In this document: in pieces, positions 28,432-37,555 of the stretch
How positions within the stretch are numbered: position 1 is the stretch's first letter
Layout of the letters: every line of letters begins with the position of its first letter
From: a bacterium
GTDB taxonomy: Bacteria; Hinthialibacterota; Hinthialibacteria; Hinthialibacterales; Hinthialibacteraceae
Direction of reading: 5' to 3'
Assembly: GCA_963663405.2 (NCBI GenBank)
Contig: CAXXSM010000053.1
Location: 96,001 to 160,000, forward strand
Length of the DNA stretch: 64,000 nucleotides
Translations under genes and position numbers: made by a program
Notes under the pieces: generated by a model
What the model saw: the letters and a program-made list of their open reading frames with translations, nothing else
What the model was told of the DNA's origin: nothing
The model's database searches: none

Positions 28432-31008
28432 TTATTGTGTATTTTGATTCCGGTTCGGCAGCCTCATTGTCACCGTGGTTCCTTTGCCCGGTTCGCTTTC
28501 GGCTGTTAAGGTTCCTTTGTGCATGATGACCAGTTCCTTGGCGATGGAGAGTCCCAAGCCGGAGCCTTTCGCTACCTGTTGCGACGCGGGAGTGCGGTAG
28601 AAACGATTCCAGATCTTGCCGCATTCTTCTTTTGTCATTCCCATCCCCGTGTCTGTTACTGAGAGGGAAATCATATCTCCGCTCTGCTCCAAAGTGATCT
28701 CGATCTTCCCGCCTTCGGGCGTATATTTAATCGCGTTGCTGACCAGTTCACCAATAACGCGCTGGATTTTTCCTCCATCGGCGAGGACTGTAAACAGATC
28801 GCTGACTTTATTCATCCGGAGTTCGATCCCCTTCTGCGCTGCGGCGGGATGTTGTTCTTGAATGGTATTCTGCACAAGTGTCCGAAGGGGGATGTTACTC
28901 TTCTCTAAAACTGTCCGGCCCGATTCAATCCGGGACAAATCAAGAATATCGTTGACTAAATTGGTAAGGCGGTCGACCGAACGGGTCGCTCTCGAAAGGA
29001 TCTTCAGCTGTTTCGGGCTCATCTCACCCGCGATGCCCAATGCGAGATTGTCCAAACTCCCTTTAATAGCGGTCAGCGGTGTTCGCAGATCGTGCGAGGC
29101 CTGAGAAACAAACGCGGTCTTCATCTTATCCAGTTCCCGCAGCTGCTCGTTGGCGCCCTCCAGGAGGAAATTCGCCGCCTGTAGGTCTTCATTCGCGTTT
29201 TCCAATTCTTCAGTGCGTTGTTCCACGCGGTATTCAAGGTCCACGTTCAATTCAGCCAATGTTTTATTCGCTTTCGCAAATCGCGCGGAAAGGTAGACGG
29301 ACATCGAAAGAATAAAAAGAAGCAGCGCCCACTCGGTTTGATAAGGAATCGGTAAGGCGGGCGCGAGCGATAAATTGACCAGCAGTTTCCAAATGATGGA
29401 TAGATTGAAAATAATGGCGCCAAACGCGATGTATTCGATCCCTTCCCGCCGCCGTAGAATCGCGATGATCACTACCCGCAAACATTCCCCGCATCCGATT
29501 AAATAGAACGCCAGGCAGATGGGCAGGATTGTTTCATTATCCCGAATCCAAAAGCCGATCGCGGCCAATATCGCGCCGGTAAAAAAGATCCAGTACTGCC
29601 GGGGCAGCCGGTCATAGACAAGGTAATAGAAAAAGAGCAGGACGAAAATCAAATTGAGCGAATTAAACGTGAAGAATAACCGCCAATACAAGAAGATTTG
29701 CGAAATATCCGTCAGAAACGTGCTCTGCAGTTCGAGATAGCGAAGCGCTGTTAAACTGCCTAGATATAAGGCATAGTGCAGATTCTCCTTTAAACGTGGA
29801 TAAAAGAGAAACAGGCATAAATGCAGGACCAGCATAGAAAGTGGCACGACCGTAAACAGCGTCTGGAAGTTTGACGCCGCGCGGGTTTCATTGATATTCA
29901 ATTTGCTTTTGCACAATACATTGGCCCCACGAATTTCCATGGTTCCAGCCTGTCCGGAAAAGACGGCTGTATTCTCCGATTGCGCGGTTGGCTGAGCGGT
30001 GTACATGAGATGAGTCGAACCAGGATGGATGGGCAGCGTCCATATAATACCTTCTTTCCTCCGAACGCCGCCATGGCTGATCCGCAGGATATTCCAGCCA
30101 GGAGGGATCCGTTCTTGCACAGTAATACCAACGGGCCGGTCTGAAGGATTCTCCACAGCGAGTGAGATATCAATGATGTCATTGGGTAAAAATCGGTCGG
30201 TGGAGATCAGGCGGTTGGCGAACGGTTTGGCTGGTTCCAGTTTGGGTTGGATCACACGGGCATGGGCTAATTGCGCGTTATCATTGTAATTGAAGATCGC
30301 AAACCCATAAGCGATTGGGCCATGCATCCGAATCCGGATTTGATGCGCCATAGTCCAATCCGTTCCATCTTTTGAATATTCGGAATAGAGACGGTTTTCA
30401 GACGCGATTCGAGTCAGGCGGAAATAGGTTGGCGTTCCCCTGTTTTCAATGGACATTTGGGGTTTGACATTTGTTCGTAACTCGCTTCCCCGGTCCCCCT
30501 CGCGGTCGCGCCAGACATTGATCGTCACCGCTCCATAGGCTTTTGTGCGGGCGGAACCGATGAAATGGAATTTGGAATCAGACGCGTTTCCCCGTTCCCG
30601 GATCATAATGCCGCACACCGCGCCGGTGTTTCCACCTGTGTCATCGATCCATTCGGTTTTCAGCGTTAATGTCCACGAACCGGGACGTTCTGTATAGACA
30701 AAATAGCCCTCATCATTTTGATCGTGAAATCCATCCCCATTTCCATAGATGTCGTAGATGAGCCCATCAGGGGATTGCGTGGTATCCATTTTTCCCAGTG
30801 TTTTATTCTGTCCAATTTGGGGAGGAAAACCGGGCGCGCCCCAGTCGGCGAATTGATCGAACAGCGGTTCATTAGAATCAGCCGGCGTTGTGGATTGAAT
30901 CGAACCGGCTGGTTCCTGCGCATGAACAGCGGCGCCAAGAAACCCGAAAAACAAGATACTAAATAAGATCACGCGTTGATTCAAAAACGATACACCGTGG
31001 GCCGTCAT
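28432..31008 (-). CDS. Sensor histidine kinase with a large extracellular lectin-like domain and a 7TM region
   Basis: Signal peptide, beta-rich periplasmic region, about 7 TM, HisKA (SHDLRTPL) and HATPase boxes. Confidence 0.92.
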   Translation of the reverse strand: MTAHGVSFLNQRVILFSILFFGFLGAAVHAQEPAGSIQSTTPADSNEPLFDQFADWGAPGFPPQIGQNKTLGKMDTTQSPDGLIYDIYGNGDGFHDQNDEGYFVYTERPGSWTLTLKTEWIDDTGGNTGAVCGIMIRERGNASDSKFHFIGSARTKAYGAVTINVWRDREGDRGSELRTNVKPQMSIENRGTPTYFRLTRIASENRLYSEYSKDGTDWTMAHQIRIRMHGPIAYGFAIFNYNDNAQLAHARVIQPKLEPAKPFANRLISTDRFLPNDIIDISLAVENPSDRPVGITVQERIPPGWNILRISHGGVRRKEGIIWTLPIHPGSTHLMYTAQPTAQSENTAVFSGQAGTMEIRGANVLCKSKLNINETRAASNFQTLFTVVPLSMLVLHLCLFLFYPRLKENLHYALYLGSLTALRYLELQSTFLTDISQIFLYWRLFFTFNSLNLIFVLLFFYYLVYDRLPRQYWIFFTGAILAAIGFWIRDNETILPICLAFYLIGCGECLRVVIIAILRRREGIEYIAFGAIIFNLSIIWKLLVNLSLAPALPIPYQTEWALLLFILSMSVYLSARFAKANKTLAELNVDLEYRVEQRTEELENANEDLQAANFLLEGANEQLRELDKMKTAFVSQASHDLRTPLTAIKGSLDNLALGIAGEMSPKQLKILSRATRSVDRLTNLVNDILDLSRIESGRTVLEKSNIPLRTLVQNTIQEQHPAAAQKGIELRMNKVSDLFTVLADGGKIQRVIGELVSNAIKYTPEGGKIEITLEQSGDMISLSVTDTGMGMTKEECGKIWNRFYRTPASQQVAKGSGLGLSIAKELVIMHKGTLTAESEPGKGTTVTMRLPNRNQNTQ

Positions 31009-31035
31009 TCCATTCAGCTCCCTTGATCGATTTCA

Positions 31036-31064
31036 ATAATGGAGCGCGGGTGTCCCGCCCGCAA
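31036..31064. repeat. REP-like family A palindrome
   Basis: ataatggagcgcgggtgtcccgcccgcaa; one mismatch to 20241-20269. Confidence 0.85.
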
Positions 31065-31078
31065 AATTTAGAAAACGC

Positions 31079-31120
31079 ATCCAGAAAATCCGTTTATCCT
31101 GAGAATCCTAATTTAGACAA
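31079..31120. repeat. Half copy of ATCCTG-iterated MITE/REPIN-like family D
   Basis: atccagaaaatccgtttatcctgagaatcctaatttagacaa resembles the right arm of 40900-41001. Confidence 0.55.
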
Positions 31121-31591
31121 AAAAATACTATTTCACAAATCGCAGATCGATAAGTACCATCATACATCGATCTACACAAGAAGACTTGGCCTGCTCTATT
31201 TTTTTCTAAAAGTCAAGCTAGATTGTGAGCCGGAAACACTAACAAAAGGTAACATTAATTAATACGCCTGTTTGATCGCGCTATTTCAATAGATTGATAT
31301 ATCCGTTATGCCTGATTGGACACAAATCCCGTTCACATTTCCTCAAAAGGATCGTTCAAAACCTTTATAGATAGGCGCCTTGGAACTAAAATAATTCTTT
31401 TCAAGGTATGCCGGGATAATTCTTGTCTGCGATTGTGGTGAATCGAATGACAGATGAATTTTCTTCAAATTAAAAGAGCGCCGTTTTTTTGCAGCTTCCT
31501 CTTTTTATTCACATCAAGGAATTCAATCGTCTTCCAGATCGCGTTGTCAATATGGGATGAACCGGCCAATTCATGCAAGGAGCAGGCATCG

Positions 31592-33928
31592 ATGTTCGAA
31601 ATTCTCGATAAGAAAGAACTCGCCCCCGATACATTTTGGTTTGAAGCCAAGGCGCCGCTCGTTTCCCACGCCCGGAAAGCGGGTCAATTCATGATTATTT
31701 GCCCCCATGAAAAAGCCGAACGGATCCCGATTTCCCTCGCCGGCTCCAATCTCGAAAACGACAGCCTCTTGTTCGTCATCCAGGCGATTGGCAAAACCAC
31801 CCATGAAATTTGTTCCATGAATGTGGGGGATTCCTTCTTCAGCATCATCGGCCCTCTTGGTGAGCCCAGTCCTATTAAGAACTATGGCACGGTCGTCTGC
31901 ATGGGGGGCGGGTACGGCGTCGCCGCGCTGACGCCGATCTGTGATGAACTACGCCGCGCCGGAAACAAGGTGATTGGCGTAATCGGCGCCCGTGAAAAAA
32001 GCTTGATCCTTCTCGAAGATATGATGGGCGGCGCCTGCGATGAAGTCCGTATCTCGACGAATGATGGCTCCTATGGTACGAAAGGCTTCGTGACGGATGT
32101 TCTGCAGGAAATCCTTGATGAAGGGATCAAAGTCGATCACACCTTCGCCATCGGCCCTGTGCCCATGATGGCGGCGGTCAGCAAAATGACCGAACCTTTA
32201 GGGATCGGCTGCACGGTTTCACTAAACGCCCTAATGGTGGATGGAACGGGGATGTGTGGCGGCTGCCGGGTTATGGTCGGTGAACAATCTAAATTCGCCT
32301 GCTGCGACGGTCCGGATTTCGACGGCCATACTGTCGACTTTGATGAACTGATGAACCGCCAGAAATGGTACGCCGAACCGGAAAAATACGCCTTCTCCGT
32401 CTACAAAGGGGAAGAAGAACATGCCCCCGTCTGTTTATACAAAAGCGATCTGGAAGATATCCAAGCCTACTGGAATCCGTCCGTGCCCGAAGGGATCGAT
32501 ATTAATAATACGAATCTGAAACCAAAAGAACGCATGTCGATCCCCCGCCAGAAAATGCCCGAACAAGACCCAAAGATCCGCAGCCATAATTTTAAAGAAG
32601 TCGCGCTGGGTCTGACGGAAGAATTGGCCAGAGCGGAAGCCGCCCGGTGTATCCAATGCAAAAAACCCCTCTGTATCTCCGGCTGCCCGGTGGAGGTGGA
32701 TATCCCCCGCTTCATCAGACTCGTGACGGAAGGCAAATACGTCGAAGCGGCCCGCGCCATTAAAGAGACAAACGTGCTCCCAGCGGTCTGTGGCCGTGTT
32801 TGCCCGCAGGAAACACAATGCGAGGTCAAATGCGTCCTCAAGAAGAAAGGCGAACCGGTCGCCATCGGCCGTTTGGAACGGTTCGTCGCCGATTATGAAC
32901 GCATGAATGCTGAAGAGGAAGAATGGATTCCTCCAAAACCGACCGGTAAGAAAGTCGCGATTGTAGGTTCCGGCCCCTCGTCCCTTACTGTCGCGGGCGA
33001 TTTGATCGCCAGAGGTCACGAGGTGCATGTCTTCGAAGCTCTGCACAAGCTTGGCGGCGTCTTGATTTACGGCATTCCGGAATTCCGGCTCCCCAATGAA
33101 ATCGTTCAGCAAGAGATTGACGGCCTGAAAAAGAAGGGCGTTCACTTTTACACCAACGCCCTAATCGGACGCGCGAAACTTGTCGATGAACTCTTGGATA
33201 AAGATGGATTCGAAGCGGTCTTCCTCGGTACCGGCGCAGGGCTTCCCCGCATGATGCGGATTCCCGGTGAAAATTTGAAAGGCGTCTATACCGCGAACGA
33301 ATACTTAACACGCGTCAATCTCATGCGCGCCGACCTCTTCCCCGAATACAGCACACCCGTAACCGTTGGCAAACATGTCGCGGTCATCGGCGCGGGCAAC
33401 ACCGCGATGGACGCGGCTCGTGTCAGCAAACGCATGGGCGCGGAAGAGGTGAGCATCGTCTACCGCCGCACAATCGCCGAAGCCCCGGCGCGGGATGAAG
33501 AGATCGAGCACGCCAAGGAAGAAGGGATCGACTTCCGTTTCCTGACCGCCCCCATTGAACTATACGGCACGGATGACGGTTGGGTCAAAGAGATGAAGTG
33601 CATCAAGATGGAACTGGGTGAACCGGACGATTCCGGCCGCCGCCGTCCCGTCCCCATTGAAGGCTCGGAATACATTCTCCCCACCGAAACGATCGTCACC
33701 GCCCTCGGATTCGGGATCAATCCCCTCGTGCCCAGCACAACGGAAGGATTGGAATTGAATCGATGGGGTGTCATCGTCGCGGAAGAATCCACCGGCAAAA
33801 CAAGCAAAAAATCCGTTTTCTCAGGCGGCGACGCAATCACCGGCGGCTCCACCGTCATCCTCGCGATGGGCCAAGGAAGAATCGCCGCCCGCGCTATGCA
33901 TGACTACCTGATGACAGGTGTTTGGTAA
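31592..33928 (+). CDS. nfnAB: Fused NfnA-NfnB (SudB-SudA) NADH-dependent reduced ferredoxin:NADP+ oxidoreductase, often annotated as bifunctional PyrK/GltD-like
   Basis: N-terminal ERIPIS, GPLG and MVDGTGMCGGCRV..CDGP ([2Fe-2S]); C-terminal RCIQCKKPLCISGCP, CGRVCPQETQCE, GSGPS and GAGNTAMD; AAGGAG RBS before ATG 31592. Confidence 0.9.
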   Translation: MFEILDKKELAPDTFWFEAKAPLVSHARKAGQFMIICPHEKAERIPISLAGSNLENDSLLFVIQAIGKTTHEICSMNVGDSFFSIIGPLGEPSPIKNYGTVVCMGGGYGVAALTPICDELRRAGNKVIGVIGAREKSLILLEDMMGGACDEVRISTNDGSYGTKGFVTDVLQEILDEGIKVDHTFAIGPVPMMAAVSKMTEPLGIGCTVSLNALMVDGTGMCGGCRVMVGEQSKFACCDGPDFDGHTVDFDELMNRQKWYAEPEKYAFSVYKGEEEHAPVCLYKSDLEDIQAYWNPSVPEGIDINNTNLKPKERMSIPRQKMPEQDPKIRSHNFKEVALGLTEELARAEAARCIQCKKPLCISGCPVEVDIPRFIRLVTEGKYVEAARAIKETNVLPAVCGRVCPQETQCEVKCVLKKKGEPVAIGRLERFVADYERMNAEEEEWIPPKPTGKKVAIVGSGPSSLTVAGDLIARGHEVHVFEALHKLGGVLIYGIPEFRLPNEIVQQEIDGLKKKGVHFYTNALIGRAKLVDELLDKDGFEAVFLGTGAGLPRMMRIPGENLKGVYTANEYLTRVNLMRADLFPEYSTPVTVGKHVAVIGAGNTAMDAARVSKRMGAEEVSIVYRRTIAEAPARDEEIEHAKEEGIDFRFLTAPIELYGTDDGWVKEMKCIKMELGEPDDSGRRRPVPIEGSEYILPTETIVTALGFGINPLVPSTTEGLELNRWGVIVAEESTGKTSKKSVFSGGDAITGGSTVILAMGQGRIAARAMHDYLMTGVW

Positions 33929-34177
33929 GCTACATAGAACACTTCTCTCTATACAAACGAAAATTCATATTATGTCAGCCATATGAATGAATTAGGTATC
34001 AACAATCAATATACGAGGCGTCACTGAGCTAATTCTCCCCCCTAAGTATTGGCGCTTGCGCCGTTGTGTGAAAAATTGTTATATTGCCCTTCCTTCATTT
34101 ATCCATTCGCTTCATCTAAAAAAGAGTTACACGTTGGCTTTGGAACCTAAACACTCCTATCTTTTTATTGTAGTTTT

Positions 34178-34582
34178 TTAAGATTTAAGCAATAGAAGTG
34201 GTATTTTTATTTTGTGTTTAAGGCTTTTGGAGACGCTGCCGAACAGAAGGTCGCCGATAAATGTATGCCCATGAGTCGCCATAGCTACCAGGTCATAGTC
34301 ATTATTTTCAATCTCATCAAGAATTTGTTTGTCTGGTTCACCTTCTCGGATCACTTTATAAGCTTCAATCCTCTGATTTTCTAATTGTAAGCGATAAGAC
34401 TCAAGGCATGATTCAGCTTGTTCACTTAAAACACGATGTTGGTCAAGAGTATGAGAATGTACTACATGTAAAAGGTACACCTTCGCCTGGTTTTGAAGAG
34501 CAAGGGCGGACACATGTTTGATAATAGTATCATCAACGGATGAGCAGTCGATTGTCACTAAAATTTTTTTATATAATTGCAT
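34178..34582 (-). CDS. Universal stress protein (UspA family)
   Basis: YKKILVTID, LLHVV, MATHGH..GDLLFGSVS motifs. Confidence 0.92.
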   Translation of the reverse strand: MQLYKKILVTIDCSSVDDTIIKHVSALALQNQAKVYLLHVVHSHTLDQHRVLSEQAESCLESYRLQLENQRIEAYKVIREGEPDKQILDEIENNDYDLVAMATHGHTFIGDLLFGSVSKSLKHKIKIPLLLLKS

Positions 34583-34583
34583 T

Positions 34584-35831
34584 TCACGCTCCCTTCACGA
34601 TTATCGAATAGAGCAAATATAGATTCAATAAAATCACTATTGCAGATATAATAACCGCTGTAATGAATTCTGCGTTGCCGCTTCTGAACGCACCCATGAG
34701 CTTCTTGTTACGGCACAGCATTAACAGCGGTATAAGAGTAAAAGGAAGTTGAACGCTTAAAACAACCTGACTGAAAATAAGAATACGAAATGTATCCATG
34801 CTGAAAAGAATGATCAAAAATGATGGAATCGCAGTAATAAATACAGAAAACTTATACAATAACGTGCGAGGATCCTCTGGCTTGCCCAGAAATCCTGTAA
34901 TTACATTCACTTCCGCCATTGATGATGTTATCGAGGAACCCACACCGGCGAATACCAGCGCAATGGCAAAAAGTAAACCAGCAAGAGGACCCGCCAGCGG
35001 CTTCAATGTGGCCGATGCTTGTTCTATACTGTCGACTGAAACATGATTGTTAAAAAAAACAGCGGCGGCGACAATAATCATGGCTGAATTTACAATCCAC
35101 CCCATGAGCATAGCCGATAACGTATCTATTTTTTCATATTTGATAAGGGTCATCTTCTCATTTTCGGATATTCCCCATTTTCTGCTGTGAATGACATTTG
35201 AATGAAGAAAGATGTTATGCGGCATAACGACCGCGCCCAGAATGCCCATTGCTATATAAATACTATCTCTATTTACATTAGGGATAATTATTGAAGGCGC
35301 TACTGCCGCCCAATCCGGTTTAACAATTAAAATTTCAATCAGATAGCATATTCCAATGATCGCTAAAAAACCGATTATAATAGTCTCAAGGCGATGATAC
35401 CTTTGACTAATAATTAAAAAGATTTCTAATAACACAGTAACAAGAGCCCCCAGCCAGAGAGGAAAATTAAATAGAAGATTAAACCCAATCGCTCCACCGA
35501 TAAGTTCCGCAACATCGGTGGCGACGCAGGCGAGAACAATTGTAAGTCCAAGAAAAAATGATATGGGCGCCGCAAATTTTTCCCGGATATTGACTGCCAG
35601 CGATTTACCAGTTGCGATCCCCAGTTTAGCAGCCATATGCTGGATAATGATTAGCATAAATGTACTAAGTGTAATTACCCAAAGCAGTTGATAACCATAC
35701 TTCGATCCTCCTTCGATATTCGTTGCCCAATTCCCAGGATCGATGAATCCAACTGTGACAATAAAACCAGGCCCAAGAAAGCGAAGTAGTTTTCTATAAG
35801 GTAAATTTATCTTATTCATGAAACTCTTCAT
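34584..35831 (-). CDS. mntH: Nramp family divalent metal (Mn2+) transporter
   Basis: IDPGNW and VMPHNIFLHS Nramp motifs; about 11 TM. Confidence 0.93.
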   Translation of the reverse strand: MKSFMNKINLPYRKLLRFLGPGFIVTVGFIDPGNWATNIEGGSKYGYQLLWVITLSTFMLIIIQHMAAKLGIATGKSLAVNIREKFAAPISFFLGLTIVLACVATDVAELIGGAIGFNLLFNFPLWLGALVTVLLEIFLIISQRYHRLETIIIGFLAIIGICYLIEILIVKPDWAAVAPSIIIPNVNRDSIYIAMGILGAVVMPHNIFLHSNVIHSRKWGISENEKMTLIKYEKIDTLSAMLMGWIVNSAMIIVAAAVFFNNHVSVDSIEQASATLKPLAGPLAGLLFAIALVFAGVGSSITSSMAEVNVITGFLGKPEDPRTLLYKFSVFITAIPSFLIILFSMDTFRILIFSQVVLSVQLPFTLIPLLMLCRNKKLMGAFRSGNAEFITAVIISAIVILLNLYLLYSIIVKGA

Positions 35832-36185
35832 AATATAAATACCAAATAACGTAAGTAAGATATAATACTTTTATCTCATAGGCGTTGAATCATGTTGTAT
35901 ATTTCTTTTTGACGCCCTCGGTATGATCATACCTGTTCCAACACGAAATTATCTACACAAACGATAACGTAATCAGTTATTCTCCTCAATCCCAACGCAA
36001 CATCCAATAGCATCGCCAGGGGCTTGGACTGGCTGGAATCGCATTGTTCTGTATCTTATATTTCGTTGTTCCGTTATTGCATAATTCCACAATAAGAAAC
36101 AATCAATCCCCACTCCATCTTGCCCGAAATCAAAACAAGGCTAAGGTCCTAAGGTATCCCATATTATCAACAAGGAAACAATAGG

Positions 36186-37555
36186 ATGCGTGAATACAAA
36201 AACACATATCGACCATTGATACTCCTATCCCTCTGTTTTTCATTGTGCAACGCTACAGCCGCCGCAGAGGATTTCCTCCTCTTCGACGTGAAAGACGCAG
36301 GAGAACCAAGCGCCGAAGCTCCTCTCGTACAACCGTGGAAAACAATCCCGATCGATCCGGATTATGGCGGGCGCTGGGTTGTGGCGGGGGATTTGGATGG
36401 CGATGGGACAGTAGAAATTGTCTGCGCGAAGAACGTGAACAATGACGACGTTCATTATACCAGCGCCATAGCTGCTCAACGGTTGGATGGCAGTATACTT
36501 TGGCGATGGGGTGATCCCACAATCGGACGAAAGAGATGGCATCACGACGTCGCCTGTCAGATCTACGATTGGGATGGAGACGGCAAAAACGAAGTCGTTC
36601 TCTGCGATAAAGGATTCCTAATCGAATTGGACGGCGCCACAGGAAAAGAGAAACGCCGGTTCCCCATCCAAGAAGACGCCACGGATTGCCTGGTCTTCGT
36701 GAATCTCTCCGGAAAACCACGGGCGGAGGATGTTCTTGTCAAGAACCGTTACCAACAAATCTGGGCGTACAAACGGCAAGGCGAGCTCATATGGACTGTC
36801 ACCGATCCCGGCGGATATCGTACGGCCCATCAACCCCGCCCCATCGATCTAGAAGGCGATGGCGCTGATGAGATCATCGCGGGCTACGCGGCTCTCAACA
36901 CCGATGGAAGCGTCCGATGGGTGTATCAATCCAAAGCCGTCGATCAAAAACGCGGGCATCTCGATTGTGTCCGCGTCGTTCGTAAAGGAAGGACGCCCGA
37001 AGATTTCCGGCTGGTCCTCACATGCTGCGGAGCGAATAACATCGCGATGGTGGATGGGAATGGGAAGGTCATCTGGGAAGTGTCCGGCCATCATTTTGAA
37101 TCCGCCGATGTCGCGCCCCGTCGTGCCCGGTTTCGATTCATTACAAATTTCCGTGGATATCGACCACTGCCCATATGGAGAAGGCCCAATATGGCTCTTC
37201 GATGAAGACGGCCGGCGCTTAGGGACGGATCATGACGCCTTACGCCCGCCATCACGTTCCCATCGATTGGACCGGCGATGGATTCTGCGAGATTGTCAAC
37301 GCGAACAACCGGGCGCTCTATAATCACCAAGGCAAACGAATCGGAACCTTCGCCACACCCGGTATCGCCGATGAAAAAGAGAAGCACGATGGAACAGTCG
37401 AGTTCAGCTGTTTCATAGGAGACATGACTGGCGATGGGATTCCCGACATGGTTCTCATCACTTCAGACACCGTCTATATCTACAAGAATCAAGAAGGCGC
37501 CAAGCCGGAGAAACCAGTTCCATTGGGAAGTGAGATCAACTTTACGCTTTACTAA
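36186..37555 (+). CDS. Secreted DxDGDG-repeat beta-propeller (rhamnogalacturonan lyase 11/FG-GAP-like); two +1 frameshifts at about 37116 and 37222
   Basis: GDLDGDG, YDWDGDGKNE, DLEGDGADE, DWTGDG and GDMTGDG repeats continue across three frames (ORFs starting 36186, 36859, 37232). Confidence 0.7.

Noticed and set aside
31454-31591. N-terminal extension of the Nfn ORF; similar extensions at 2722, 11509, 24871, 27249, 44096 and 54317
   Set aside because: Downstream ATGs fit family N-termini better and most have a clear SD
35832-36185. Possible Mn-sensing yybP-ykoY riboswitch upstream of mntH
   Set aside because: No recognisable conserved riboswitch motifs by eye; an Rfam scan would be needed
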